A stretch of 64,000 bases of DNA. It comes from an uncultured Ruminococcus sp. Lineage in GTDB: Bacteria > Bacillota > Clostridia > Oscillospirales > CAG-272. Position numbers and translations under genes: made by a program. The stretch covers positions 2,667 to 66,666 of the forward strand of contig CACWOQ010000002.1 in NCBI GenBank assembly GCA_902762505.1. Reading direction: 5' to 3'. Positions 1 to 9,918 of the stretch are shown piece after piece. The notes below the pieces were generated by a model that was not told where the DNA came from, did not search any database, and saw only the letters and a program-made list of their open reading frames with translations. Position 1 is the stretch's first letter. The number at the start of each line of letters is the position of its first letter.

Positions 1-1
1 C

Positions 2-1240
2 CGCGCCGATTACGGCATCACCTATGACACGGACGTTCTCCGTCTTATCGACGCGCTCCGCGCACTCGATATTTACGTGTCCGCCGTCGTCATAACACAG
101 TATCTCGAACAGCCGTCCGCCGAGATTTTCAAAAAGAAGCTTGAAATGCGCGGAGAACGCGTATTCATCCACCGCGTTATCAAAGGATATCCGAATGACA
201 TAGATACTATTACGAGCGACAGAGGATACGGCGCCAACGATTTCGTACCCACCACGCGTCCTCTCGTCGTCGTCACTGCTCCCGGACCCGGTTCCGGCAA
301 GCTTGCGACCTGCCTGTCGCAGATATATCACGAGAGAAAGCGCGGAATAAACGCCGGCTACGCGAAATTCGAGACCTTTCCGATCTGGAACCTGCCGCTC
401 AAGCATCCCGTGAATATCGCCTACGAAGCCGCCACCGCCGATCTGTCCGACGTCAATATGATCGACCCGTATCATCTTGAAGCATATAACATAACCACCG
501 TAAACTACAACCGCGACGTTGAGGCGTTCCCGGTCGTACGCAAGATACTGTCGAGGATATCCGGTACGGACGACATCTATAAATCGCCGACGGATATGGG
601 CGTCAATATGGCGGGCTTCTGCATCTGTGACGACGAGGTTTGCCGCGAGGCGTCGAAGCAGGAGGTCATAAGAAGATATTATAAAGCCGTATGCGACTAC
701 AAAAACGGACTCTGCGATCAGAGCGTCGCGTTCCGCTGCGAGGCTCTTATGGAAGAGCTCAACGTTACTAAAATGGACAGAGACGTCGTCCATTACGCGC
801 TTGAAAAAGCAGAGAAGAACGGCGGTCTTCATTGCGTAGCCATCAAGCTGAACGACGGCCACGTCGTGACAGGCAAATCATCGCCGATGATATCAGCCGC
901 TTCCGCCGCTATGATAAACGCGATCAAATACCTCTCCGGCATAGCCGATGATATACATCTTATCTCGCCCGTGGTTCTCGAGCCGATAACCGCGATGAAG
1001 CGTTCCATCGGATCGAAGGCGAGCAAGCTGAACCTGCACGAGGCGCTTATCGCTCTCAGTATCTGCGCGGCGACAAACCCGTCTGTCGCGTACGCTCTGC
1101 AAAAGCTGCCCGAGCTTGAGCATTGCGAAGCTCACTCGACGAAGATGCTCACTCCGAGCGAAGAGGAGTACGTAAAGCGTCTGCACATAAACCTTACGTG
1201 CGAGCCCGAGTTCATTTCAAAAGATCTATATATCAACTGA
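2..1240 (+). CDS. UPF0371/DUF1846-family protein, 5' end outside window
   Basis: Frame 2 is open from the first base (RADYGITYDTDVL... precedes the GTG listed at 77) and ends at TGA 1238-1240. It has a P-loop-like APGPGSGKLAT, and the overall sequence recalls the conserved Firmicute UPF0371 family. Confidence 0.6.
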   Translation, partial: RADYGITYDTDVLRLIDALRALDIYVSAVVITQYLEQPSAEIFKKKLEMRGERVFIHRVIKGYPNDIDTITSDRGYGANDFVPTTRPLVVVTAPGPGSGKLATCLSQIYHERKRGINAGYAKFETFPIWNLPLKHPVNIAYEAATADLSDVNMIDPYHLEAYNITTVNYNRDVEAFPVVRKILSRISGTDDIYKSPTDMGVNMAGFCICDDEVCREASKQEVIRRYYKAVCDYKNGLCDQSVAFRCEALMEELNVTKMDRDVVHYALEKAEKNGGLHCVAIKLNDGHVVTGKSSPMISAASAAMINAIKYLSGIADDIHLISPVVLEPITAMKRSIGSKASKLNLHEALIALSICAATNPSVAYALQKLPELEHCEAHSTKMLTPSEEEYVKRLHINLTCEPEFISKDLYIN

Positions 1241-1262
1241 ATCCGATACAGGTCCCGGTCGT

Positions 1263-2618
1263 TTACCGGGACTTTTCTTTTATCTTTCTTTTCCACGTGC
1301 CGGTCTTGCAGAAGATATACGACATGGCTGACGGGATCACCCAGCCTATGGATATCGCCCACCAGATGCCGTTTTCTCCGATCGCCGAGGCGAGCACGTA
1401 AGACAAAAGAACGCGTAGAAACAGCGACGTGAACGTGCCGGCTGTGAATTCAAGCATCGCGCCGGCTCCGCGAAGGACGCCGTCGGATATGATCTTTAAA
1501 GTCATAAGAACGTAGAAAGGCGTGACTATGCGGATGAAATGAGTGCCCGCCGTTACTGCGCCCCGTATGACTTCGGGCGACGACGTATCAAGAAAAAGAG
1601 TTATAACGGGCTCGGGAAATATCATGAACACGGTCATGACGAAAAGAGATACGGCTTCACCGATCGCAAGACCGGATCTGAATCCGCCTTTGATCCTGTC
1701 AAGCCTGCCGGCGCCGATGTTCTGCGCAGAGTATGAAGATACGGCGTTGCCGACCGTCATACAGCAGTTGATCACGAAAGTGTTCAGTTTTATGCATGAC
1801 GAATAAGCGGCGACGAAGTCGTTTTCAAACGTATTGACCTTTGCCATTATCAGTATGTTTCCGACGGATACGAACGATTGCTGAAGTATGCTCGGTACGG
1901 CGAGGCGCGCCGTTTCAAGGAAAATAGTCAAAGAAAAGGGTTTTCCTCTGACGGTCGGCTCAAATCTTCTCATCCTGATGAGCAGAGCGGCAAGCGCCGC
2001 AACGGAAGCAAACCCCTGACAGATGAACGTCGCCCACGCTACGCCGGAAACGCCCATTTTCAGTTTTATCACGAATAAGGCGTCAAGGATTATATTCGAT
2101 ACGCTCGATATCGCAAGAAAAATGAACGGCGTGGTCGAATCGCCGAGAGCCGAGAACGCCCCGGTACAGGTGTTGTAAGTGAAAAGGAAGATCAGTCCGT
2201 AAATGTAAATATTCAGATACTCGAGCGCGGGCGCCTTTATCGAAGCGTCCGTATTCATAGCGTCGAGAAGCGGAGAAGAGACGAGGACCCCGGCGACGGT
2301 GAATACAGCGGCGAGCGCCGCCATCGAGATCAGCGACGTATATACCGCAGTCTTTGTTTTTTCGTAGTCCCCGGCGCCGAAGTGGTGTGAAATGACGACC
2401 GAGATCCCGATGTTCGAGCCCGTCGCAAACGCCATGAAGAGAAACGTCACCATTCCCGAAACGCCGACAGCGGCAAGCGCGTTGATGTCAACGAACTTGC
2501 CGGCGATTATGAAATCGGCTAAAGTGTACATCTGCTGAAAGATCACCGACGCCAGCATCGGCAGGGTGAATCTTATTATCAGCTTTGACGGTTTTCCCTT
2601 CGTCAGATCGGTAATCAT
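1263..2618 (-). CDS. MATE-family multidrug/oligosaccharide efflux transporter
   Basis: The ~450-aa product is polytopic and hydrophobic, with a typical MATE N-terminus (GKPSKLIIRFTLPMLASVIFQQMYTLAD). The ATG at 2618 is preferred over the TTG at 2627, which lies in the T-tract of the upstream hairpin. Confidence 0.8.
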   Translation of the reverse strand: MITDLTKGKPSKLIIRFTLPMLASVIFQQMYTLADFIIAGKFVDINALAAVGVSGMVTFLFMAFATGSNIGISVVISHHFGAGDYEKTKTAVYTSLISMAALAAVFTVAGVLVSSPLLDAMNTDASIKAPALEYLNIYIYGLIFLFTYNTCTGAFSALGDSTTPFIFLAISSVSNIILDALFVIKLKMGVSGVAWATFICQGFASVAALAALLIRMRRFEPTVRGKPFSLTIFLETARLAVPSILQQSFVSVGNILIMAKVNTFENDFVAAYSSCIKLNTFVINCCMTVGNAVSSYSAQNIGAGRLDRIKGGFRSGLAIGEAVSLFVMTVFMIFPEPVITLFLDTSSPEVIRGAVTAGTHFIRIVTPFYVLMTLKIISDGVLRGAGAMLEFTAGTFTSLFLRVLLSYVLASAIGENGIWWAISIGWVIPSAMSYIFCKTGTWKRKIKEKSR

Positions 2619-2621
2619 ACG

Positions 2622-2650
2622 TAACAAAAGGCTGTCGATAACGGCAGCCC
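2622..2650 (-). terminator. Possible intrinsic terminator after the BMP-like gene
   Basis: On the minus strand, GGCTG-N10-CAGCC is followed by TTTTGTT. The stem is short, so the call is weak. Confidence 0.35.
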
Positions 2651-2662
2651 GGTTTCCTTATT

Positions 2663-3712
2663 TTATTCCGCGGACCCGGAATCGACTTCCGGCAGCTCCG
2701 GCACAGTAATCACGGTTTCGCTTCCGGAGTATACGAATATTCCGTTATCCGCACCGAGATTCTTTACCGTACCCGCGTTGATCTGTCTGCATTCGTTGAT
2801 TACGTCCGCCATGAAGGCTTTAAGCACGGCGTGATCGACGGTTACGCTGAATTCGGCTTTATCGTCCGCAAATATGCTTGCGTATTTTTTGCCCGATGCG
2901 GCGATATACGGTATCGTCAGTTCGTCTCCGATAAGCAGATCCGCGCCGTCTGACGCCTTTTCGATATCGGCTTTAATGACAGATTCAACGGGACCGGATG
3001 AAGTAAGCGTATGCGCGGCTTTGATGCCTTTGTCGGACGCCGCCTTGTCAAGTCCCGTAACGAACGCCTTGGAAGCGGCGTTATCGGCTCCGACGTAGGC
3101 GACTGACGAGAAGCCGTTTTCCGCGGCGTAATATCCGAACAGATAGCCGAACTGACGCGCGTCGAGCACTACAGCCGTAGTCTTTGCGTTGAGAGAAGCG
3201 GCGTTCGATACCTTTGAGCCGGGAACGGTGATGATGACGAATGCGATTTCACCGAATTTTTTCGTTGCATCTTTTACTTCAAGATAAGCGCCGGAAAAGC
3301 TGTCCGACGGCAGAACGATTATTTCGGCTCCGCCCGCCGCCGCAAGCTCAAGCTGCTTTTTTGCCGAAGCCGTGAAGGCGGCGGCATACGGTGTTGAATC
3401 GGTACCCGACGCCTCAGCGGGGGTATAATACTTTATCGCGGCGAGCTTATCGGTCGTCGAGTCATCGTATGTTTTCTTTCTGTATTCTTTAAGAGCCGCC
3501 CAGGCGCCGCCGCTGACCGTGGTCTCTCCGAGAGCCTTGTCCGCGCGTCCGGCGAGCGAATCGCCCTCTGAGAGCGGGAACAGCTCCGTGACCATTGTCA
3601 GTTTATATTTCGTGTCGGTCGATACGGTGTTCGGAGCCGTGCACGAGCAGAGAAGAGCGGATAACGCGATGAAAAGTGAAATGACCGTGATGAGCTTTGC
3701 GTGTTTTTTCAT
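2663..3712 (-). CDS. BMP-family-like (PnrA-like) substrate-binding lipoprotein
   Basis: MKKHAKLITVISLFIALSALLCSC is a lipoprotein signal with a lipobox Cys, and an AAGGA RBS lies 9 nt upstream of the ATG at 3712. The body has a type-I periplasmic-binding-protein pattern resembling BMP/PnrA nucleoside binders, but it is divergent and lacks the classical DDKSFN motif. Confidence 0.5.
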   Translation of the reverse strand: MKKHAKLITVISLFIALSALLCSCTAPNTVSTDTKYKLTMVTELFPLSEGDSLAGRADKALGETTVSGGAWAALKEYRKKTYDDSTTDKLAAIKYYTPAEASGTDSTPYAAAFTASAKKQLELAAAGGAEIIVLPSDSFSGAYLEVKDATKKFGEIAFVIITVPGSKVSNAASLNAKTTAVVLDARQFGYLFGYYAAENGFSSVAYVGADNAASKAFVTGLDKAASDKGIKAAHTLTSSGPVESVIKADIEKASDGADLLIGDELTIPYIAASGKKYASIFADDKAEFSVTVDHAVLKAFMADVINECRQINAGTVKNLGADNGIFVYSGSETVITVPELPEVDSGSAE

Positions 3713-3734
3713 TGGTATGATCCTTGTTTCAATA

Positions 3735-4598
3735 TTATTTTTTTGAAATGACCGGCAGTACGCTCGTACCGTCGAGCTTGTTTTCGATATCGAAGAAATC
3801 GAGCGCGGTGGCGCTGACGTCCGCAAGCGACAGGTCGTCTTCGATCCGAAAAGCGCGTTTAATGCTGCCCGAAAGGACGAGGAACGGTACGTATTCGCGC
3901 GAGCAGCGTTCTCCCGACGGGGAGTTTGAACCGTGAAGTCCCGTTATGATAAGCATATCCTGCGGATTCATGAGCTGTACGAACTTGCTTATCCTTTTGT
4001 CGAAATATGTAAGACTGCGGCACATTGCGGCAACGTCTCCGCTGCTTGAATCGCCGCGCGGTATCGGCAGACCGGCGATACAGATCCCGTCAAAGCTGCT
4101 TCTTATCGCGTCGGCAATGCTGTTGAGGCACTGACGCTGATCACTTTGGGAATCCGTGACGCCCGGAGCTTTCTCGCCGAAAAAGTCTGTGGCGCGTCCG
4201 ATGGTCAATACGTCTTTTCCGTTTGCTCTGATAAGGTCGATAAAGGTCCTCTTGTGATGCGAAAGATGCCTGAACGACGTGCTGTCGATATCCGTGACGG
4301 GAGGCAGCTCTTCTTTTACGATATTGCCCGACAGCTCGAGATATCCTTCGACGGTATCCTTGCCGCGCGATGACGGGGCGCATTGTCCGAAGGCGCCGAA
4401 AACGATGCAGGATCTTCTCCCTACGCCTATGTCGTAGAGATTGAACAATCCGAGATTGCGAAGAAACGGCACGTTGAGCTTACCGTAATCATAGATGGCT
4501 TTGAGTGTGTTCGCTCCGGCGTCGCCGTAATCGGAGGCGTCCGGCGTTTCGCCGATGCCCAGTCCTTCGAGCACGGCGAGAAACAGTCTTTTTTTCAT
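3735..4598 (-). CDS. Phosphopentomutase (DeoB)-like protein, short and divergent
   Basis: The N-terminus LAVLEGLGIGETPDASDYGDAGANTL and SRGKDTVEGYLE match the DeoB core motifs (MDSVGIGEAPDA, STGKDTMTGHWE). The product is only 287 aa against ~390 for DeoB, and several metal-ligand positions appear substituted. An AAGGA RBS is present. Confidence 0.6.
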   Translation of the reverse strand: MKKRLFLAVLEGLGIGETPDASDYGDAGANTLKAIYDYGKLNVPFLRNLGLFNLYDIGVGRRSCIVFGAFGQCAPSSRGKDTVEGYLELSGNIVKEELPPVTDIDSTSFRHLSHHKRTFIDLIRANGKDVLTIGRATDFFGEKAPGVTDSQSDQRQCLNSIADAIRSSFDGICIAGLPIPRGDSSSGDVAAMCRSLTYFDKRISKFVQLMNPQDMLIITGLHGSNSPSGERCSREYVPFLVLSGSIKRAFRIEDDLSLADVSATALDFFDIENKLDGTSVLPVISKK

Positions 4599-4613
4599 GG
4601 CAGAGGTTCCTTA

Positions 4614-5312
4614 TCAGATATGTAAAATGTCTAAGACGGAATAAAGATCGCTGACCGTTATATCCGGCCGGACGGTCCCGTCGCCGTCGTATTTTCCGTT
4701 GGGGTCAAACAAACACGTGTCGATACCGAAAGCTGCTCCTCCGGCGATGTCCGCGGAAAGCGAGTCGCCGAGAACGAGCGCTTCTTCCTTTTTGAATCCC
4801 GGAATATGCGCCGATACGTATTCAAAAAAACGTACGTCCGGTTTGGCGTGGCCAACGTGCTCGGAAATGAAGTATCCGTCGCACATTTTGTCGATCCCGG
4901 ACAGCGAAAGGCGCGGAAGCTGTACGCGCGCCGTACCGTTTGAAATGACGTAAACACCGATTTTGCCGCGGCACCTGCGAAGAAGCTCGTACGCGCCGTC
5001 TGTTACGTATGCCGTCCCGGACAGATTCTTTTCGTACAAAGGCGCGGCGGCGCATCCGTCGGCGTCTATACCGAGGCTTTTGAAGAATCCCGTGAACCTC
5101 GTCCTTATCAGCTCGTCTCTCGTCAGCTCTTTGCGTTCAAGCCGCTTCCAAAGAGAATCGTTGTACGCGGAATACGCAGCCGCTGTCTGTTCGTCGGGGG
5201 TGACTCCGAGTGACGAAAGAGTACGTGAAAGAGCCTCGCGCTCGGATGCTGAAAAATCGAGAAGAGTATTGTCGAGATCCGTCAGAAGGAATCTGTATTT
5301 TTTGTTATTCAT
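4614..5312 (-). CDS. HAD-superfamily hydrolase, YjjG-like pyrimidine 5'-nucleotidase type
   Basis: HAD motifs are present: LLTDLDNTLLDF (motif I), ISNG (motif II) and GDSLSADIAGG (motif IV). Confidence 0.7.
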   Translation of the reverse strand: MNNKKYRFLLTDLDNTLLDFSASEREALSRTLSSLGVTPDEQTAAAYSAYNDSLWKRLERKELTRDELIRTRFTGFFKSLGIDADGCAAAPLYEKNLSGTAYVTDGAYELLRRCRGKIGVYVISNGTARVQLPRLSLSGIDKMCDGYFISEHVGHAKPDVRFFEYVSAHIPGFKKEEALVLGDSLSADIAGGAAFGIDTCLFDPNGKYDGDGTVRPDITVSDLYSVLDILHI

Positions 5313-5528
5313 GCGTTTATTCCGAAATTTTATGCGATGATCGACTTTACGTTATATTATAGTATAACATTTTAAAAACTTTGTGGATAAGAGGCAAACC
5401 CGAGGTGAATCTTGACGAATGTGTCTGTAAAAGATTGATTGACTTAAAATGAACAAGGGTAAAATTAACAAAATATCGCTTTAAAATCATTTTTGATTCA
5501 TTATAATAAAACGCGGAGGTATACGGAA

Positions 5529-6086
5529 ATGAAAAAAGTTGTATTGCTCGGCGATTCGATCAGACTTGTCGGTTACGGAAAAAGATGTGCGGAATTACTC
5601 GGCGACGGTTATGAGACCGTTGGTCCCGAGGATAACGGAAGATTTGTCAAGTATACGCTGAGAGGCGTGCTGTATGAATGGAAACCGATCCTTGAAGGAG
5701 CGGATCTCATACACTGGAACAACGGTCTGTGGGATATTTGCGACCTCGGCGACGGACCATTCACGGATCTTGACGAATATATCAAAAATATGAGACGCGT
5801 AGCGAGGGTCCTGCTCGGATATACGGACAAGGTCATATTCGCAACGACGACGCCCGTGTCACCCAAAATGTGGGGGCACGACATAAACAGGACGATGATG
5901 TACAACAAAGCCGCCGTTGAGGCGCTGTCCGAATACGTCGTCGCCGTAAACGATCTGTTCAGTACCGTAAAAGAGGATACTGAAGGAAATATCTGCGATG
6001 ACCTTTTGCATCTGTCGCCGAAGGGCATCGAGCTTTGCGCCGCGCAAACCGCAGACATTATAAGAAAAACTCTGTCATCGGATTAA
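5529..6086 (+). CDS. SGNH/GDSL-family hydrolase
   Basis: MKKVVLLGDSIR carries the GDS block, followed by a HWNNGLWD block and DxxH near the C-terminus (DDLLHLS). A GGAGG RBS lies at 5514-5518, which favours the ATG at 5529 over 5493. Confidence 0.7.
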   Translation: MKKVVLLGDSIRLVGYGKRCAELLGDGYETVGPEDNGRFVKYTLRGVLYEWKPILEGADLIHWNNGLWDICDLGDGPFTDLDEYIKNMRRVARVLLGYTDKVIFATTTPVSPKMWGHDINRTMMYNKAAVEALSEYVVAVNDLFSTVKEDTEGNICDDLLHLSPKGIELCAAQTADIIRKTLSSD

Positions 6087-6134
6087 AAAAAGCGAAAAAA
6101 TTTGAAAAATCACGCTTTTTTTGCAAAAAAGCAC

Positions 6135-6163
6135 TTGTCAAATCGGGATTTATAGTTTATAAT
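6135..6163 (+). promoter_or_regulatory. Sigma-A-type promoter for the FtsZ-like gene
   Basis: TTGTCA (6135-6140), a 17-nt spacer, then TATAAT (6158-6163). Confidence 0.6.
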
Positions 6164-6208
6164 ATTAGAGAATACTCGGAAACGAATCAAAATGCAGGAG
6201 ATATAAAG

Positions 6209-7141
6209 ATGGCTGATAACGATTTCATGAAGATCACCGTTGCCGGCGTCGGCTGCGGCGGAAACAACTCCGTCTGCCGCGTTGCGGAAGCAAAATCCGG
6301 TGGAATAACTTACTTTGGAATAGACACAGACAGTAAAGCGCTCAGATCAGAAGCCGTGACGCCTGTACACCTCGGCGCGAAGCACGGCAGCGGCAGAGGC
6401 TGCGGCGGCAATCCCGCGCTCGGCAAAGCCTACGCGGAAGAGAATTACAACGATCTTCTCGCGCTGTTCCAGGACACCGTCGTTGCGTTCATCGCCGCGG
6501 GTCTCGGCGGCGGTACCGGATCCGGCGCGGCTCCCGTCGTTGCAAAAGCCGCTCACGAAGCCGGTGCTCTTACAATAGCCGTTGTTACAAAGCCTTTTGC
6601 TTTTGAAGGATCACGCAGGATGGCTGTCGCGGATGCGGGCCTTGAAGAGCTTCGCAAATACGCGGACGCCATAATCATAATCCCGAATGAAAACGTAAAG
6701 AACTCAACTACTCAGAAGATCACGTTCGCAAACGCATTCCGTCTTATTGACGACGTGCTTTGCGAAAGCGTTCTCTCCGTCCTTGAAATACTTACGAAGG
6801 CTATGCTTATCAACATCGATATAGCCGATATAAACGCCGTGCTTCGCAATTCCGGTGATATTTTCATAGGAAACGCGATAGCCGAAGGCAACGACAGATC
6901 CGGCAAGCTCGTCGCAGCTGCGACTGCCAACCCGCTGCTCGAAAAAGGCATGGCTGACGCGAAGGGTATGATCATTTACCTGTCCGCAAACCACAACGTA
7001 TCGCTTGACGAGATCAACGAAATATCCAATAAGATCGCAGAGACGACCGCGCCCGATGCGAATATAATCTGGGGCTTCGATTTTGACGATTCTCTCGGAG
7101 ATATGATAAAGGTATCCATAATAGCGTCAGGAGTCAAATAA
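6209..7141 (+). CDS. FtsZ-family tubulin-like GTPase paralog, core only (310 aa)
   Basis: An AGGAG RBS lies at 6196-6200. The sequence has GVGCGGNNSV, the tubulin signature GLGGGTGSGAAPV, and a T7-loop-like NIDIAD. It aligns end to end with the B. subtilis FtsZ core and stops at VSIIASGVK (equivalent to VTVIATGF), so there is no linker or C-terminal peptide. Confidence 0.85.
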   Translation: MADNDFMKITVAGVGCGGNNSVCRVAEAKSGGITYFGIDTDSKALRSEAVTPVHLGAKHGSGRGCGGNPALGKAYAEENYNDLLALFQDTVVAFIAAGLGGGTGSGAAPVVAKAAHEAGALTIAVVTKPFAFEGSRRMAVADAGLEELRKYADAIIIIPNENVKNSTTQKITFANAFRLIDDVLCESVLSVLEILTKAMLINIDIADINAVLRNSGDIFIGNAIAEGNDRSGKLVAAATANPLLEKGMADAKGMIIYLSANHNVSLDEINEISNKIAETTAPDANIIWGFDFDDSLGDMIKVSIIASGVK

Positions 7142-7154
7142 TAAGTGACAATGA

Positions 7155-7186
7155 AATACGCCTGCTTGATGCGGGCGTATTTTTCA
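7155..7186 (+). terminator. Intrinsic terminator after the FtsZ-like gene
   Basis: ATACGCC-loop-GGCGTAT hairpin followed by TTTTT. Confidence 0.6.
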
Positions 7187-7215
7187 TTTTATCGTATAAA
7201 ATTTCGGAAAAGGTA

Positions 7216-7244
7216 TTGACAAATGCATAAATATGCAGTATAAT
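7216..7244 (+). promoter_or_regulatory. Consensus sigma-A promoter of argGH
   Basis: TTGACA (7216-7221), a 17-nt spacer, then TATAAT (7239-7244), 30 nt upstream of the argG ATG. Confidence 0.75.
7224..7237. promoter_or_regulatory. ARG-box-like palindrome (candidate ArgR/AhrC operator)
   Basis: TGCATA-AA-TATGCA is a perfect 6-2-6 palindrome lying entirely within the argGH promoter spacer. It resembles the TGAAT-N4-ATTCA core of ARG boxes. Confidence 0.45.
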
Positions 7245-7273
7245 ATACGAAAACAGATCCCGGAGGCATAATC

Positions 7274-8506
7274 ATGGATAAAAAAAGCATAAAGAAAGTA
7301 GTTCTTGCATATTCCGGCGGACTTGATACGTCGATAATCATACCGTGGCTCAAGGAAAACTATAATAACTGCGAGGTCATCGCGGTATCCGGCAACGTCG
7401 GTCAGGCGGACGAGCTTGAAGGATTACAGGAAAAAGCGATCAAAACAGGCGCGTCAAAGCTGTACGTGGAGGATCTCACGGAGGAATTCGTTGAGGATTA
7501 TATCATACCGACGGTCCAGGCGGGCGCAAAATACGAAAAATATCTCTTAGGCACGTCGTTTGCGCGTCCGCTTATCGCCAAACGTTTGGTTGAGATCGCG
7601 AAAGCGGAAGGCGCTGACGCGATAGCGCACGGCTGTACCGGAAAAGGCAACGATCAGGTCAGATTCGAGCTCGCGATAAAGCATTTCGCGCCGGATATGA
7701 AGATAATCGCCCCGTGGCGCAAATGGAACATAAAATCGCGTGAAGAAGAAATAGAGTACGCGGAGGCGCACAACGTGCCCCTGAGAATAACGAGGGAGAC
7801 GAACTATTCAAAGGACAAAAACCTGTGGCATCTTTCGCACGAGGGACTTGACCTCGAGGACGCGGGAAACGAACCGGCTTATGAAAAACCCGGCTTTCTT
7901 GAAATGTCGGTATCCCCGCTTGACGCGCCGGACAAACCCGAGTATATAACGCTCGGATTTGAATGCGGAAAGCCCGTTTCGTTCAACGGAGAAAAAATGA
8001 GCGCCAAACAGATCATTCTCAAACTGAATGAGGTCGGCGGCAAAAACGGTATAGGTCTGCTGGATATCATAGAAAACCGTCTTGTCGGCATGAAATGCCG
8101 CGGCGTGTATGAGACCCCGGGCGGAGAGATCCTGTACGCCGCGCACGAATATCTCGAAACGCTGACGCTTGACAAGCTGACGATGCATAAAAAGCAGGAG
8201 CTTGCGATCTCGTTTGCGGAGCTTGTATATAACGGTCTGTGGTTTTCACCTCTGCGTGAAGCCATGTCCGCGTTCTTTACCGCGACGCAGAAGAACGTGA
8301 CCGGCACGGTAAAACTGAAGCTGTATAAAGGGAATATCATAAAAGCCGGCGTTTGGTCAGACAACGCGCTTTATTCTGAGGAGCTTGCGACGTTCGGCGA
8401 GGATAACGTATACGATCAGACGGACGCGACCGGATTCATCAATCTTTTCGGGCTTCCCACAGTCGTACAGGCGAAGGTCAACGCGAAACAGGGGCTGACG
8501 GAATGA
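7274..8506 (+). CDS. argG: Argininosuccinate synthase
   Basis: The 410-aa product has AYSGGLDTS (ATP pyrophosphatase motif), [13 protein letters not shown] and the full-length ArgG pattern. Confidence 0.95.
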   Translation: MDKKSIKKVVLAYSGGLDTSIIIPWLKENYNNCEVIAVSGNVGQADELEGLQEKAIKTGASKLYVEDLTEEFVEDYIIPTVQAGAKYEKYLLGTSFARPLIAKRLVEIAKAEGADAIAHGCTGKGNDQVRFELAIKHFAPDMKIIAPWRKWNIKSREEEIEYAEAHNVPLRITRETNYSKDKNLWHLSHEGLDLEDAGNEPAYEKPGFLEMSVSPLDAPDKPEYITLGFECGKPVSFNGEKMSAKQIILKLNEVGGKNGIGLLDIIENRLVGMKCRGVYETPGGEILYAAHEYLETLTLDKLTMHKKQELAISFAELVYNGLWFSPLREAMSAFFTATQKNVTGTVKLKLYKGNIIKAGVWSDNALYSEELATFGEDNVYDQTDATGFINLFGLPTVVQAKVNAKQGLTE

Positions 8507-9873
8507 AGCTGTGGGAAGGAATGACGGACGGTGTGACCGATCCGTGTGCCGAAAGCTTCAATTCGTCTGTATCTTTCGACAAAAGGCTTTATAAACAGGA
8601 TATAACCGGAAGTATCGTGCACGCGCAGATGCTTTGCAAATGCGGAATTATAAACGAAGACGACGCCGAACTCATAACGCACGGATTATCGGGGATAATG
8701 ACGGATATAGAGACCGGCGCGCTGATACCGGACCCGTCATGCGAGGATATCCATACTTTCATCGAACAGACTCTGACGTCAAGGATCGGCGAAGCGGGCA
8801 AACGCCTCCATACTGCGAGAAGCAGAAACGACCAGGTCGCTCAGGATCTGAGGCTGTGGTGCGTTGACGAGATCGATCGGATCTGCGGACTTCTGAAAGA
8901 TCTGATATATAAAACCGCAGAAAAAGCCTTGCAGTACGCAGATGCGATAATGCCGGGATTCACTCATCTTCAACCGGCGCAGCCCGTCACCTTCGGTCAT
9001 CATCTGACGGCGTACGCGATGATGTTTGAGCGTGATATCGACAGGCTGACGGATTGCAGAAAACGCACGAACGTAGCGGTTATAGGCAGCTGCGCGCTCG
9101 CGGGTACGACGTATCGGACGGACCGCGCCTATGAAGCGGGACTGCTTTTTGCAGACGGCGTTTGCAAAAACTCCATTGACGGCGTATCCGACAGGGATTT
9201 TGTGATAGAGCTTCTGTCGTGTCTGTCCGTTATAATGATGCACCTTTCGAGATTCTCGGAAGAAATGATACTCTGGACCTCGGGGCAGTTTTCGTTCGTG
9301 AAGCTGCCGGACGCGTACACGACGGGATCTTCCATCATGCCTCAGAAGAAAAACCCGGATATGGCGGAGCTTTGCCGCGGAAAGACCGGGCGCGTATACG
9401 GAGATCTGTTCGCGGTGCTTACGATGATGAAAGGGCTTCCGCTTGCGTATAATAAGGATATGCAGGAGGATAAAGAATCGCTGTTTGACGCGGCTGACAC
9501 CGTTTGCGCATGCCTCGGTATCTTTGCAAAAATGGTCTGCGGTATGACCGCGGATACGGAAAAAATGGGTGAAGCCGCGTGCAGGGGATTTATAAACGCA
9601 ACGGATCTTGCCGATTATCTTGTGAGGCAGGGACTGCCGTTCCGCGAGGCGTATAAGCTGTGCGGCGGGATTGTATCGTATTGCATCAAAAACGGAAAAA
9701 CGCTCGAGTCTCTTTCGCTTGAAGAATACAAAACGTTTTCGCCCGTGTTTGACGACGGCGTTTATGACGCGATAGATTTAAAAAACTGCGTTTACCGCAG
9801 GATAAGCGAGGGAGGGACCTCGCCGTCGACGGTCGGGAAAAACGCCGTATATCTTATGAAAAAGTACAAATAA
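8503..9873 (+). CDS. argH: Argininosuccinate lyase
   Basis: An ATGA start/stop overlap couples it to argG. It has the fumarate-lyase signature [12 protein letters not shown], plus TARSRNDQV and FTHLQPAQP. Confidence 0.95.
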   Translation: MKLWEGMTDGVTDPCAESFNSSVSFDKRLYKQDITGSIVHAQMLCKCGIINEDDAELITHGLSGIMTDIETGALIPDPSCEDIHTFIEQTLTSRIGEAGKRLHTARSRNDQVAQDLRLWCVDEIDRICGLLKDLIYKTAEKALQYADAIMPGFTHLQPAQPVTFGHHLTAYAMMFERDIDRLTDCRKRTNVAVIGSCALAGTTYRTDRAYEAGLLFADGVCKNSIDGVSDRDFVIELLSCLSVIMMHLSRFSEEMILWTSGQFSFVKLPDAYTTGSSIMPQKKNPDMAELCRGKTGRVYGDLFAVLTMMKGLPLAYNKDMQEDKESLFDAADTVCACLGIFAKMVCGMTADTEKMGEAACRGFINATDLADYLVRQGLPFREAYKLCGGIVSYCIKNGKTLESLSLEEYKTFSPVFDDGVYDAIDLKNCVYRRISEGGTSPSTVGKNAVYLMKKYK

Positions 9874-9878
9874 GAATA

Positions 9879-9908
9879 CCGGAGAGGATCTGCCTCTCCG
9901 GCGTTTTA
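9879..9908. terminator. Bidirectional intrinsic terminator (argH / SASP gene)
   Basis: CCGGAGAGG-ATCTG-CCTCTCCGG is a perfect 9-bp stem with U-rich flanks. Confidence 0.75.
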
Positions 9909-9918
9909 TTGCGGGTCG

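Noticed and set aside
6209-7141. Calling this gene the canonical cell-division ftsZ
   Set aside because: It lacks the C-terminal linker and conserved peptide, is not next to ftsA/ftsQ/sepF, and has an N-terminal GVGCGGNNS variant. It is therefore reported as a paralog with no gene symbol.
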